Positions 28,811 to 43,098 of a stretch of 64,000 nt of DNA are shown piece by piece. The number at the start of each line of letters is the position of its first letter. The stretch's first letter is position 1. The notes under the pieces are model-generated. The model was not told where the DNA came from, made no database searches, and saw nothing but the letters and a program-made list of their open reading frames with translations. The stretch covers positions 310,001 to 374,000 of the forward strand of contig NIVC01000434.1 in NCBI GenBank assembly GCA_002269645.1. Direction: 5' to 3'. Position numbers and translations under genes: made by a program. The stretch comes from Macrostomum lignano (Eukaryota).

Positions 28811-30961
28811 TCTATACTTTAAGACAATTCAGGCCCATATTGATCAACATTCGTCTTCCTGTTCCACAATTTAAGACTTTAGTCTAACAGCTGAATTTTC
28901 ACAAAGAAGTTATGGTACGAATGGTAGAATATTAAGAGCACACATTTTAACAAACATTCAGCAACAGCAAAGGCAACTTATACTCACTCGCGAAGCTGAA
29001 TAATAAACCTTGCACTTGGTCTATCTGATTTTTTGCCTGTTTTGTACGCTTGGGCTCCGGTTGGAAATCGATTTTCTACCGCCGAGATTAACTTTTGTAG
29101 AGAAAATTTTAGCTGTAGAGCATGCGTGCACGATTCTAGAAAGCTAGCTAAACGCTCTTATAGCTAACGAATGAAATTTGCTTTCTGGGCCAGAGGAAGA
29201 CTAAGTCAGATAAGACGAATGCAGTTGGCACACTAGCTGTTACATGCATGAAATTCTGCATGTACATTCTAGGATAGGAGAGAAGGGAGAGAAATCGTGG
29301 TAGTCGGGGTACGCTCGTACGGCGATTTCGCTGTGTTTCCGCACAGTTGATTGTCAGGAAAGTGTATACACTTGTAGACGCAAGAGAGAGATTATTAAAG
29401 AGAGACTATTTACCACCTGCACGTAGAACGCTCTGCAATTCAAGACATTGCTCGCATATGTGCATTTGGAAACGCTACAGATTGTATAAATCTGGATTTT
29501 TGAATATGAAGTCACATTTATGTGCTTAATTGCATGATTATTGATTGTTTCTAGATAAAAAATCAAATTGCTAGTTTACATGCAGTTTCAAATTTTACCT
29601 GAAAAGGAAATGTGTGACTACGGACGGCGAAAAATGTCCTAAATGTACTTTTAACAACGTTTTTAGAACAGCAGCTTGTGACGTATAATGTGGCGGCGAG
29701 AATAATCGGCGAAGGCAAATAAATACGGCAGAGGCAATTTTGTAGCGGTAGCACTTGGCAATAATGGCGGCTAATGCGATCAATGACCGCAGACTTTATT
29801 TATTGTAACGTTGTTATTGTCAACAGAGACAGGTCAAAGTACTAGTTGGATTCGTAACGATGCACTGGCGGCTACACAACAATGAGTTAGATAGTAGAAG
29901 GCAGAGTGGGTTGATGAGTTGAGGCAGTGGCGACGAGGTGATGGCGGTGAACGTATGGCGGCGGTGCTCGTAGTGAGAGCTCGAACAGACAGTAGGATTG
30001 GCGTGACTGAGAGTGGCAGAGGCGTGGTCTAGAACCGTGGCGGAGTGAGGCAGGAAGAGAAGGCAAACAAACAAGAGTGCCGGGGCGGCAAAGGTCTACA
30101 GGAGGGGACGCAAAACCGGCCAGACAGGACTGATAAGGAGCGGGCTGGGGGTGGGCGCGCGAGGAGAACTTAGTATAATTAATGCGCGGCTTTTCTATTG
30201 GCCGGCTGGGAAAAACAGAAAACAGAAATTATCGATCGCGCACTGTACGTACGCAGCCGATTAAAATTCTTTGGGCACTAATTTAAGCAGACGTTGAGAG
30301 AACGAAACCAATAATATTATATATTGGTACCGCGTATGTCAAAACGGCCCTTGCGGGGCTACTTAAACGTCTGACAACGTCACAATAAGCTTTTCAACTA
30401 TTCTACGTTTAAATGTACATGGGAGAGTATACATGTGTATATATGTATCTGTGTTCACGTAGATGTACAACAAGTGACTAAAGTCATCCTCGCGGCCGTT
30501 CAAATGCATGGCCAAAGTAGGCACACCGAAGCAGAACATTAAGAAACATTGGAACATGTAAATATGTTGGGGGATTTCTATGATGTAGCAACTTTTCTTA
30601 GTCTACGAGCGTAAATTACGAGTTCTGGGACAATTTTAAATATGATCTTGATTTTCTCTTTACAATTAATTGAATGCATTAATTGGTGGTGAGGGCATTA
30701 ATTCAATCAATCTGAATAAGTGTTTCTGAATAATCTGAATAAGTTTTCTCATTTATTTGGGAATTCTTAAACCATCCATATAGTATAGCAGAACGAATTT
30801 TGTTTAAATGGTTAAAAATTCAGTCACTTGGATTCAATCTAAAGCTACACTTTGGTGTAATAGCATGGTGTTGTTGAATCACTGACACAAATGTACAGAA
30901 TGGATTGTACATGTAGCTACTATACATCAATGTGCATGCATGTCAACTTTTTATATGTTCT

Positions 30962-31230
30962 CAGTGGCGGCGCAGGGCCGGGAGGGCAGGGGGCTGGTGC
31001 CCCCGGGTGGACCACCCTCCTACCCCCTCTGGGGGGGGTGACACCCGGCCTTCCATCCCTCCATAGGGTGACCCATGCTGCCTTAATTTTTTTAGTACGA
31101 GAATTGTTATATGCATTTTTGTGAGATTTTAGCGTAACGCGCTGCTCTAATTCTAAAAATTCGCTTGGGGAGGGGGGTGACCATCACCACCGCCCCCCCC
31201 CCCTATTCGGAGGTTACTGCGCCGCCACTG
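30962..31230. mobile_element. hAT-like MITE, 269 bp
   Basis: Perfect 14-bp TIR CAGTGGCGGCGCAG...CTGCGCCGCCACTG; TATATGTTC occurs on both flanks but offset, so the TSD is imperfect. Confidence 0.7.
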
Positions 31231-32294
31231 TGTATATGTTCGTTAATTTTTTCTTTAATTAACTTGGACCATGACTCGTAGACAACGCGCGCCTTAAGTC
31301 CATTTTCATATACACTCTCGTGTATAAGGTTGTTAAAATCACATAATACACATGTATTCTGAAGCATTTTTAACTGCTTTAGTTGGGAAAAACCGAATAT
31401 TTCTATATAGGCCTATAAGAGCTGCTTAACCATCTCCTAAAATATACTTTCCTAAATATGAGTGTAGCAGGCGTGATTGCTCTCACTGAAATTATCCCAC
31501 CGCTGAGTTACCAAAGTTGTGCTAGCGGTAAACTTCTTTCTATATTAAATGTCTTAATGTTGGTAGCTGCCACCAAGACTATTCTATTAATAAATTATGA
31601 GTTTATTAATCTTAGAATAAGTCTGAGAAATGTTTCTTGGAATTAGTCTGAGTATATATCTGAGTAGTTGTCTGAGTATATATTTGAGAATTTGTCTGAG
31701 TTATATTGTTCTTAGAATACTATTTAGCCCTTACAAGTATCGTTCTACTGTTATTCCGATAGCGTTTACTATTATTCTGGTAGAGTTTGCTGTTATTATT
31801 CTGGCCTGAGCGGTATATTAGCTTACTGCTGGTATATGTATTGCATGTACTTCCAATCCTGGGCGTTACCGAGATCAGAGTGTCACAGCCTCCGGTTATT
31901 CTTACATGTATCGATTTAGGATCTACTTCGTATTCTCTTACTACTTCCACTTCTCAGTAGAATATACTGTATGTGTTCTCTGCCACTTCACTTCTCTTCT
32001 GCAAATGAATTGAATAACTCGGAAAACAATCTTCAATAACGTTTACTCGGAACTCTTACTATTCGCTATTAACTGTCTTGTTATCGAACCGCGATGCGCG
32101 AGGTTGGTCTCTCCGAGTCTCCTCCGCCGAAAACGTTTCTATTATTTATACTAAAATTTACTGCTAGTTTAAAAAAAAATTAATAAGTTCGCGTAAAATA
32201 TTGTGAAAATACGTGTATTATAATTAACAAATGTGTTTTCCTAGATTCGGCACGCATTCAAAATGAGTTATACGGTTATCAATTTTATAATAAA

Positions 32295-34258
32295 CGAGGC
32301 CAACTCCTCCTCTGGAGGAGAAAGGGGAAGAACTCCCATCACCGGAATTCCATTCCCTGAAATCCATCAGCGGAAATTCCATGACTTGAATCCCATCTTC
32401 CAAATCATCTCCAAATCCTCTGTAAAGCCTTTCAAATACCATATCTTGTTTTCCCTGTTCGCAAAAACTGACTGCCATTGTCCAGACTCAGATTCTTCTG
32501 TCTCCTCTCTTCTCTTTTCTCTCCTCTCACGTCTCTCATCTCTACCACCTTATTTATCTCTTCTCCCTCGTCTTTCGTCTTTCTCTCCTGTCTCCTTTAT
32601 CCCCTGTTTTTTCCTCTCTCCTCTCTTCTCTCCTCTCTCATCCCTCATGCCTCATCTCACTATTTCTTTCTCCTCTACTCTCAGCTCCTCTCTTCTCTCT
32701 CCTCTCATCTCTCCTGTCTCCCTCTGCTATCTCATATCTTCCCTCTCATCTCCTCTCTCCTCTTTTCTTCTCTCTCCATCTTCGTTCCCGCCTTACTCCC
32801 CTCTTCTCTCCCATCTGTCATGTCTAATCTGTCCTCTCTCATCTCTACTCTCTTTTCTATAATCTCTTCTCTCTTCTCTTTTCACTCTTCTCTCTTCTCT
32901 TTTCACTCTCCTCTCTTCTCTTTTCACTCTTCTCTTTACTCTCTTTACTGACTGACTGAAGATACCAAATCCATCAAAATCCCTCCATGAAACAGAAATC
33001 CTCTCCGCGAAACAGAAATCCTCTCCGCGAAACAGAAATCCTCTCCGCGAAACAGAAACCCTCTCCGTGAAACTGGACTCCTTTCGAAATCCAATCCGCC
33101 AAACAGAAATCCTCTCCGTGAAACTGGGCTCCATGGAAATCCTCTGAGTGAAACTGACATCCATCAAAATCGTCTCCGTAAAACAGAAATACATCTAGAT
33201 TCTCTCCACGAAAAAGAAATCCTCTCCGTGAAACCGAAAACCATCAGAATACTCCGTGAAACTGGACTCAATCGAAATTTTCTCTGTCAAAAAGAACTTA
33301 ACTCTCAGAATTCATTGGTTAGGGTTAGGGTTCGAGCTGCACAGAGCTGCGTGTTGAATTAATTGAATCAATTAATTGCGCAAACCATTTCTCAGTCAGA
33401 CAGTATCAGTCTTATTTAAAGTTAAATAAACGGTTGCGCAATCTAAATCAACCCTCCAATACGCAGCGGCAGACCCCCTTCCAATACGCCCAACTTTATC
33501 TATTACGTCTCGCAAAACTGAGTACAATCTTTGCAGAAAGTTAAATTATGGAAATAGTTTTTCAAATGCTGTGCTTTTTCTTTTCATATTTAAAGCAAAC
33601 AATTTATATCCCCGAACTCAGCGTTGCAAGATCTTTCCAGCAATATAAGTCTCTCCTCTCAAAGTTTAAAACTCGAGGAACAGTTAGCGTTTGAAATTTA
33701 CCGATTTCCCGACTGCTTGCTAGAGAAGCTCGCAATTCATTGAATTTCACTGCCAAACTAATACACAGGGCTGCCTATGGAGAAAAAAGGCGCCAATAAT
33801 AAAACCAAATGAATCTCGACACAGTCCTATCTATCTGTTTACACTGTACAACTGCTATGTACAAACAGCCCAAGCCCAACCCCCGTTCTGGGGAAGCATT
33901 AAATTTAACTGAACCCCCCAACACGCGGGGGGTTTTATTTGCATTGAACCCAGAACACGCGCACCCACCACCCCTCAATACACAGCGGCCCGCGGGCGGA
34001 GGTTGGGGTGGCTATTTTTACAAACTGGCTTCAGCCCCAGGCAGAGTAGCCAAAGAAGGTTATTGGGGGTTAAAAAAGCAGTTTTCTGCTTTTTTAGGGA
34101 TGTTAAAATGTGAAAATTAAAAATTAAAATAGCCTAAAGCCTGATCCGGAAAATTTGCAGTTTTCCCATATAAGTTTCGACGCTGACTTGCCAGAATTGT
34201 AGGAGTTCACTTACAACATACATACACACAAACAACGCACCAACTTTAGTATTAGGGG
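32295..34258 (-). mobile_element. Non-autonomous Helitron-like family B, copy B1
   Basis: Minus strand starts ...CTAATACTAAAGTTGGTGCGTTGTTTGTGTGT and ends in hairpin CTCCTCCAGAGGAGGAG + TTGGCCTCG|T; same modules as B2-B4. Confidence 0.7.
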
Positions 34259-34615
34259 AAGGAAGAAGGAGAGGAGAAGAGAGAAGAAAGAAGAATCGGG
34301 AGGGGCCCTGCACAGTAATAGTGTAAAGACTTTAAAAGCGCAAGCATGAACCCGATACCTATTATCAACAAACAAAGCTGCGACCACACAGTCTGGGGGG
34401 TTTACATGTACACTATACATGGAAAACTGATGGAGAACTAACAATATACATACATGTACATACATGTACATGTATGTTGCAGGGAAAAAGTAATTAATTT
34501 ATTGGTGCCATTTCCCGCGGTTTCTCATCACACAGCTAGGTCTTAACTGTGCCATAGAATTATCTTCAGCAATTTTAGAGATGAAAATTTGTATTCTATA
34601 CTTAGATCACGGACT

Positions 34616-37510
34616 TCCTATATACTAAAAATGGTCTGTCTGTGTCTATGTGATCGATTAGAGAAAAAATGGCTGGACCGATTTTCTTCGAACTTGCACT
34701 GTTCGATCAGAAATTTTCTTGTGACGGTACATGCATCGTGGCTAAGAAATTGCTCGATGCTAAAGGCATTAAATATTCGAAAAACATGCTTTTTTGCAAA
34801 GGTCAAGCAAACTTTTCGACTTGAAATGCATTGTAAGAATGCTAGAGAAAAAACTGACTGGTTGAATTCTGATTCTGAAATAGATTGCATCATCACAATA
34901 GGCTTTTATTTATCGTTTGTGTACTGGCTGAATTTTGACACTGAATTGAATTACGTCACAGTATCGAAAATAAAGTGTGGAAGCATAGCACAATACTTGA
35001 TTTATCTTGCGTAACCAAATTGCTAACTTTAATAGACTGGTACTGACTTGCCTAAGAAATTGATTATGTCATAACTGCTTCGTGTGACTTTTTACTCTAC
35101 CTGACTTGGTGTGAGTGTTGAATTATATAAGTTGTACAAATTCACTGATAACTTCGATGAGAGCTAGCCTAGAGCTGAACAGACCAGACTGCTAATGTAG
35201 CGACCTGGGTTCAAATCTAATCTAAGTAGTTTAAAAGTAGTAGTGTAAAATTTTTTATTAAAAGCTTTTATTAAAGGACTAAATACTGCACTCGATAAGC
35301 CAAGGATTATTGCTATTAATAAACCAAGGATTACTGCACTCTATAAACCAAGGACTATTGCTCTTGGCAAACCAAGGATTACTGCACTCAAGAAGCCAAT
35401 GATTATTGCTATTAATAAACGAAGGATTACTGCACTCAAGAAGCCAAGGATTATTGCTATTAATAAACGAAGGATTTCTGCACTCAATAAGCCAAGGATT
35501 ATTGCTATTAATAAACCAAGAATTAATGCACTTGATTAATCAAGGATTATTGCTATTAATAAACCAAGGATTACAAGAAGCCAAGGATTATTGCTATTAA
35601 TAAACCAAGGATTACTGCACTCGATAAGCCAAGAATTATTGCTATTAATAAACCAAGGATTAATGCACTTGATTAATCAAGGATTATTGCTATTAATAAA
35701 CCAAGGACTACTGCACTCGATAGACCAAGGACTATTGCTCTTGGCAAACCAAGGATTACTGCACTTGATAAACCAAGGACTACTGCACTTGATAAACCAA
35801 GGATTATTGCACTTGATAAACCAAGGATTATTGCACTTGATAGACCAGAACTTACTGCACTTGATAAGCCAAAGATTACTGCGCTTGATAAACCAAGGAT
35901 TATTGCAATTGATAAACAAAGGATTATTGCACTTGATAAACCAAGGATTATTGCACTTGATAAACCAAGGACTACTGCGCTTGATAAACAAAAGATTACT
36001 GCACTTGATAAACCAAGGATTATTGCACTTGATAAACCAAGGATTATTGCACTTGATAGACCAGAACTTACTGCACTTGATAAGCCAAAGATTACTGCGC
36101 TTGATAAACCAAGGATTATTGCACTCGATAAGCCAAGGAATATTGCACTTGATAAACCAAGGATTATTGCACTTGATAAACAAATATTGCACTTGATAAA
36201 CCAAGGATTATTGCACTTGATAAGCCAAGGATTACTGCGCTAGATAAACCAAGGAATATTGCACTTGATAAACCAAGGATTATTGCACTTGATAGTAAAG
36301 AATGTTGCACTTGATAAGCCAAGGATTATTGCACTTTGATAATAAGGAATATTGCACTAGATAAACCAAGGAATATTGCACTTGATAAGCCAAGGATTAT
36401 TGCACTAGCTGAGAAGCTGATTACTGTGCTGTCTAAAAAAGAGATTATTGCGCTCGCTGAGACGTGGATTGTTGCACAACCTGAGGAAGCGATTATTGCA
36501 TTAGCGGAAGTAACATTTGCACTAGCTACTTGCTGTCTCGTGGTTGCTTGCTCTCGAGGGGGGATACTTGCTATTTGGGAGAGGGGGTACTGGCTACATG
36601 TATGGGATTCTTTCTATCCAGGGATGCTTGCTATTCAGGGATTCTTGCTATCTGCAGGATGCTTGCTATTTGGGCGGATGCTTCTATAATATCTGGGGTG
36701 TGCTTGCTATCTGCAGGATGCTTCTATAATATCTGGGGGGTGCTTGCTATCTGCAGGATGCTTCTATAATATCTGGGGGGTGCTTGCTATCTGCAGGATG
36801 CTTCTATAATATCTGGGGTGTGCTTGCTATCTGCAGGATGCTTCTATAATATCTGGGGTGTGCTTGCTATCTGCAGGATGCTTCTATAATATCTGGGGTG
36901 TGCTTGCTATCTGCAGGATGCTTCTATAATATCTGGGGGTGCTTGCTATCTGCAGGATGCTTCTATAATATCTGGGGTGTGCTTGCTATCTGCAGGATGC
37001 TTCTATAATATCTGGGGGGTGCTTGCTATCTGCAGGATGCTTCTATAATATCTGGGGTGTGCTTGCTATCTGCAGAATGCTTGCTATCTGGGTGGATGCT
37101 TCTATCTGGGGGATGCTTGCTGTCTGCAGATGCTTGCTATCTGGGTGGATGCTTGCTATCTGGGGGATGCTTGCTAATCTGCAGATGCTTGCTATCTGTG
37201 GTGATTCTTGCTATGAGCATTAGAGGATGCTTGCTATCTGCGATTGTTCACTTTTGGAGGGGGTTGCTTGCTGTATTGGGAATATTTTCTATTTAGGGAA
37301 ACTATATTTCGTTGTATGTTTGTTAATTTTAGAGAAAAAGTGATTCTTTAATTTTGCAAACATCTTAGTCCGTGACAATTTTACACGAATAAGGTGATTT
37401 TTTAAATGTGAAGAAGGAATTGGTGTTTAAGAAAATGTGTTTTTTTATTGTTTTCCATGAACTATTTTTGCTCCTTTCTTATTGGGCGCCCCGAAGGGGG
37501 GCCGCACTAG
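34616..37510 (+). mobile_element. Non-autonomous Helitron-like family A, copy A1 (24-bp minisatellite 35285-36400; 40-bp array ~36680-37075)
   Basis: 5' TCCTATATACTAAAA + GTCTGTCTGT + GGCTGGACCGATTTT, like known non-autonomous Helitron heads; 3' hairpin GCCCCGAAGGGGG then CTAG. Confidence 0.75.
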
Positions 37511-37527
37511 ATTGCTTCCTTCCTTCT

Positions 37528-38983
37528 TCTTAATACTAAAACTGGTGCGATGTTTGTTTGTGTGTTGCAATTTTTCTCCTAAACTACTGGCAAGTCAGCG
37601 TTGAAACTTATATGGGTAAACTGCAAATTTTCCGGACTGGGTTTATAGCAATTTTAATCTTTCATTTTTACATTTTAAGATCCCTAAAAAAGCAGAAAAC
37701 TGTTTTTTTAACCCTCAATAACCTTCTTTGGCCACTCTGCCTGGGGCTGCAGCCAGTTTGTAAAAATAGCCACCCCAACCTCCGCCCGCGGGCCGCTGTG
37801 TATTGAGGGGTGGTGGGTGCGCGTGTTCCGCGTTCAATGCAAATAACCCCTCCCGCGTGTTGGGGGGTTCAATTAAATTTAACGATTCCCCGGAATGGGA
37901 GGGGGTTGGGCTTGGGCTGAGTGTACATAGCAGTTGTACAGTGTAAGGAGATAGCTAGGACTGTGTCGAGATTTAATTGGTTTTATTATCGGCGGCATTC
38001 AATAGGCAGCCATGTGTATTTGCTGGGCAGTAAAATTTAATGAATAAACTTGCGAGCCTCTTTAGCAGGCTGTGAACGTACACTCGATACTTTAATGCTT
38101 TAAATCAGGAAATTTCAAGCGCTAACTGTTCCTCGAGTTTTAAACTTTCAGAGGAGAGACTTATATTACTGGAAAGATCTTGCAATACTGAGTTCGGGGA
38201 TATAAGTTGTTTGCTTTAAATGTGAAAACAAAAAGCACAGCATTTAAAAAACGATTTCCATACTTTTAACTTTCGGCAGTGTACTCATTTTGGAGTTCAA
38301 TGGGGGTTCGACCAACCCCCCAACAGTTGGTGGGAGGGGGGGGTTCAACTTTTAATTGCCACTGCGTATTGGAAGGGGGTCAGTCGCTGTGTATTGGAGG
38401 GTTGATTTAGTTTGCGCAATCTTTTTGTTAACTTTTACCGAGACTGATACTGACTGACTGTGAAATCGGTTGCGCATTCAATTAATTCAATTGGTTCAAC
38501 ACGCTGCTGCGTTGTAGCTCTAACCCTAACCCTAACCCTAACCCTAACCACTAAATCCTGAGAGTTGATTCTTTTTTACGGAGAAAATTTCGATTCAGTC
38601 CAGTTTAATGGAGAGAATTTCTGTTTCGCGAAGACGATTTTGATGGATGTCAGTTTCACGGAGAGGATTTCCATGGAGTCCAGTTTCACGGAGAGGATTT
38701 CTGTTTCTCGGAGGGGATTTTGATGAATGTCAGTTTCACGGAGAGGATTTCCATGGAGTCCAGTTTCACGGAGAGGATTTCTATTTCTCGGAGGGGATTT
38801 TGATGAATGTCAGTTTCACGGAGAGGTGTTTGATGGAGTTTTCTTTTACGGAGAAGATTTCGATGATGTTCAGTTTCGCGGAGAGGAGTTGGATGATGGG
38901 ATTCAGGGAATGGCATTTCAGGGAATGGAGTTCCGGTGATGGGAATTCTTCCCCTTTCTCCTCCAGAGGAGGAGTTGGCCTCG
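37528..38983 (+). mobile_element. Helitron-like family B, copy B2 (contains (CCCTAA)n)
   Basis: 5' TCTTAATACTAAAA, 3' hairpin + CTCG|T. Confidence 0.75.
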
Positions 38984-40465
38984 TATATACTAAAAATGAG
39001 TTGTTTGTTTGTACGCAATCGATTAGAGAAAAAATGGCTGGACCGATTTTCATGAGACTTGCACTGTTCGATCAGAAATTTTCCTGGGACGGTACATGCA
39101 TCTTGGCTAAGAAATTGCTCCATGTTAAAGCGATTAAATATTCGAAAAACATGCTTTTTTGCAAAGGTCAAGCAAACTTTTCGACTTGAAATGCATTGTA
39201 AGAATGCTAGAGAAAAAACTGACTGGTTGAATTCTGATTCTGAAATGGATTACATCATAACTGAATTGTAACTCCGAATTGAATTGCGTCACAGTATTGA
39301 AAATGCAGTGTGGAAGCGTAGCACCAGACTTGATTTAGATTGCGCAACCATATTGTTAACTGATACTGACTGACTGAGAAATTGATTATGTAATAACTGC
39401 CTCGTGTGATTTACTCTATGCTTGGAGTTTTGAAACTTATAATTATAAGTGCTGAATTCATGTTATCAAAACGATGAGAGCTAGCCTAGAGGTAAACAGA
39501 CTGAACTGCTAAATGCAGAAACGATGGTTCGAATTTTTAGAGAGTAGAGTTTTTTAATTAAAGCTTTTTAACGCCAAGAAAACTAAAAAAATCATAAAAG
39601 CGTCATGTAAAAAATCATAGAAGCGTCATGTGAAAAATCGTGGAAGTGTCATGTAAAAAATCGTGGAAGCATCATGTAAAAAGCATAGAAGTGTCATGTA
39701 AAAAATCATAGAAGCGTCATGTAAACAATCATAGAAGCGTCATGTAAACAATCATAGAAGCGTCATGTAAAAAATCATAGAGGCGTCATGTAAACAATCA
39801 TAGAAGCGTCATGTAAAAAATCATAGAAGCGTCATGTAAACAATCATGGAAGCGTCATGTAAACAATCATAGAAGCGTAATGTAAAAATCATAGTAGCGT
39901 CATGTAAAAAATCATAGAAGCGTCATATAAACAATCATAGAAGCGTCATATAAAAAATCATAGAAGCGTCATGTAAAAATCATAGAAGCGTCATGTAAAA
40001 ATCATAGAGGTGTCATGTAAAAATCATTGAAGCGTCCTGCAGAAATCGTAGAAGCGTCATGAAATAATTATAGAAGCGTCATGTAAAAAATCATACAAGC
40101 GTCATGTAAAAAATCATAGAAGCGTCATGTAAAAAATCATAGAAGCATATCGCTATAATGCTGTAGTAGTGCTATAATGACTCTTAGAGAGAATTACTGA
40201 AATTTCAATGCTTTAGGGTTAGGTTAGGGTTAGGGTTAGGGTTAGAAGGTTGACAGATATTTTTAGATTTCCAAGGCTTATTGGGGGCATTGCTGAGATG
40301 TCAAGGGGGGAAGTTGATATGTTAAAGCTGGGGGGGGGAATTACTGACATGTCAAGGCTTACAAGGTTTGACAGGAGATTTTTTAAGATTTCAAGGATAC
40401 ATGTAGCTTATTAAAAAAACGTGTATAGCATTTCTTTGGCTCCCCAACGGGGGGCGTAGATTGCT
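38984..40465 (+). mobile_element. Helitron-like family A, copy A2 (23-bp minisatellite 39590-40145; (TTAGGG)n)
   Basis: TATATACTAAAAATG head homologous to A1; ends CCCCAACGGGGGGCGTAGATTGCT. Confidence 0.72.
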
Positions 40466-43098
40466 TCTTAATACTAAAAGTGGTGCGTTGTTTGTTTGTG
40501 TGTTGCAATTTTTCTCCTAGACTACTGACAAGTCAGCGTTGAAACTTATATGGGAAAACTGCAAATTTTCCGGATTGGGTTTATAGCTATTTTAATCTTT
40601 AATTTTCACATTTTAACATCCCTAAAAAAGCAGAAAACTGCTTTTTAAACCCCCAATAACCTTCTTTGGCCACTCTGCCTGGGGCTGCAGCCAGTTTTTA
40701 AAAATAGCCACCCCAACCTCCGCCTGCGGGCCGCTGTGTATTGAGGGGTGGTGGGTGCGAGTGGAAATAAAAACCCCCGCGTGTTGGGGGGGGTTCAGTT
40801 AAATTTAATGCTTCCCCCAGAACGGGGGGTTGGGCTTGGGCTGAGTGTACATAGCAGTTGTACAGTGTAACCAGATAGATAGGAATCAGGACTGTGTCGA
40901 GATTCAATTGGTTTTATTATTGGCGCCTTTTTTCTCCATAGGCATCCCTGTGTATTAGCTTAGCAGTGAAATTCAATGAATTGCGAGCTTCTCTAGCAAG
41001 CCGTCGGGAGATCGGTAAATTTCAAACGCTAACTGTTCCTCGAGTTTTAAACTTTGAGAGGAGAAACTTATATTGCTGGAAAGATCTTGCAACGCAGAGT
41101 TCGAGGATATAAGTTGTTTGCTTTATATATGAAAACTAAAAGCTTTTCATTGGGAAAACTATTCCCATACTTTTAACTTTTTGCAAAAATTGTAATCAGT
41201 TTTGCGAGACGTAATAGATAAAGTTGGGGGAGGGTTCAACTTCTCACTGCTGCTGTGTATTGGAGGGTTGATTTAGATTGACTGACTGACTGTGAAATCG
41301 GTTGCAGAATGAATTGATTCAATTAGTTCAATATTTTTATCAGTGCCTTTTAACACGAACCTGTGCGTAGTTCTAACCCTAACCCTAACCCTAACCCTAA
41401 CCAATGAATCCGGAGAGTTGAGTTGTTTGACGGAAAAAATTCGATTGAGTCCAGTTTAGCGGAGACGATTTCAATGTTTTAATTTTGACGGAGAGGATTT
41501 CTGTTTCGTGGAGAGGATTTCGATGGTGTTCAGTTTCACGGAGAGGATTTCGATGATGTTCAGCTTCACGGAGAGGATTTCTGTTTCGCGGAGATAATTA
41601 ATGATTGATTTCTGTTTTATGGAGACGATTTTGATGGATTTAAGTTTCAAGGAGAGGATTTCGAAGGAGTCCAGTTTCACGGAGAGGATTTCGAAGGAGT
41701 CCAGTTTCACGGAGAGGATTTCGATGGTTTTCAGTTGCACGGACAGGATTTCTGCTTCGCGGAGAAGATCTTGATAGATTTGGCATCTTAAATCAGTCAG
41801 AGAAGAGAGTGAAAAGAGTGAAAAGAGTGAAAAGAGAAGAGAGATGAGATGATAGAAAACAGAGTAGAAATGAGTAGAGAAATTAGACATGACAGATGGG
41901 AGAGAAGAGGGGAGTAAGGCGGGAACGAAGGAGAGAGAAGAGAAGAGGAGAGAGGAGATGAAGGGAGAGGATATGAGAGAGGAGATATGAGATAGCAGAG
42001 AGGAGACAGGAGAGAGAAGAAAGGAGGAATAAGAGCGTACAGAGGCAATAGAAGAGAGGAAAGAGAGGAGAGAGGTGAGAGGTGAGAGGAGAGAGATGAA
42101 AGATCAGAGATTTAAGAGAAGAAAGTAGTGAGGAGAAAGAAGAGGGTAAAGATGAGAGTGCAGAGAGGAGAGAAACGAGAGGAGACAGGTGGTAGAAAGG
42201 AGTGTAAAAACAGCAGATAAGAAAGGGGAGGGTGAGAGTGAGAGCATATAGGAAAGTGTAAAAGGGGAGCAGAGGAGAGAGAATAGATAAGTGAGTAGAG
42301 AAGAGATATGAGAGAGGAAAGACGAGGGGAGAGAGGAGACAGGAGAGAGTAAATTTGAAAGACCTGGGAGAAGAGATAAATAAGATAGTACAGATGAGAG
42401 GAGAGAGAGAGGAGAGATGAGAGATGCAATGAGAAGAGATGCGTGAGAACATAAGAGAGAAGAGATTAGAGATTAGAGAAGAGAGGGGAGAAGATGAAAG
42501 GAAAAAGGAGAGGAGAAAAGAGAGAAGAGACAGGGAATAGTGGAAAGGAGGAAAGAAAGATAGGAGACAAGAAAGTAGAGTGTGAGAGCGTATATGAGAT
42601 ATGAGAAATGAGAGCAGAGAGGAGAGAGAGGGTAAAGAGAGATGATAGATAAGTGAGTAGAGATGACATATGAGAGAGGAGAGAAGAGGGAGAGATAAGA
42701 GTGAAGAGAGGAGACAGAAGGCAGAAGTGAAGAGGAGAGATATGAGAGAAGAGAGGAGACAAGAGACAGGAGAGGGTACAGACGAAAGACGAGGGAGAAG
42801 AGATACATAAGGGAGTAGAGATGAGAGGAGAGAGAGGAGAGACTAGATATAAGATAGCAAAGAAGAGAGAGCAGAGATGAGAGACTAGAGATGGAAAGCA
42901 GATTAGAGAGAAGAGATAAGAGACTACACTGTAGAGATGAGAGGGAAAAGAGGAGAGCAAAAAGGCTTTACAGAGGATTTGGAGATGATTTGGAAGATGG
43001 GATTCAAGTCATGGAGTTTCAGCTGATGGATTTCAGGGAATGGAATTCCGGTGATGGGAGTTCTTCCCCTTTCTCCTCCGGAGGAGGAGTTCCACTCG
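40466..43098 (+). mobile_element. Helitron-like family B, copy B3 (with (CCCTAA)n and 1.1-kb AG-rich tract)
   Basis: TCTTAATACTAAAA head; hairpin CTCCTCCGGAGGAGGAG + CCACTCG|T tail. Confidence 0.75.
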
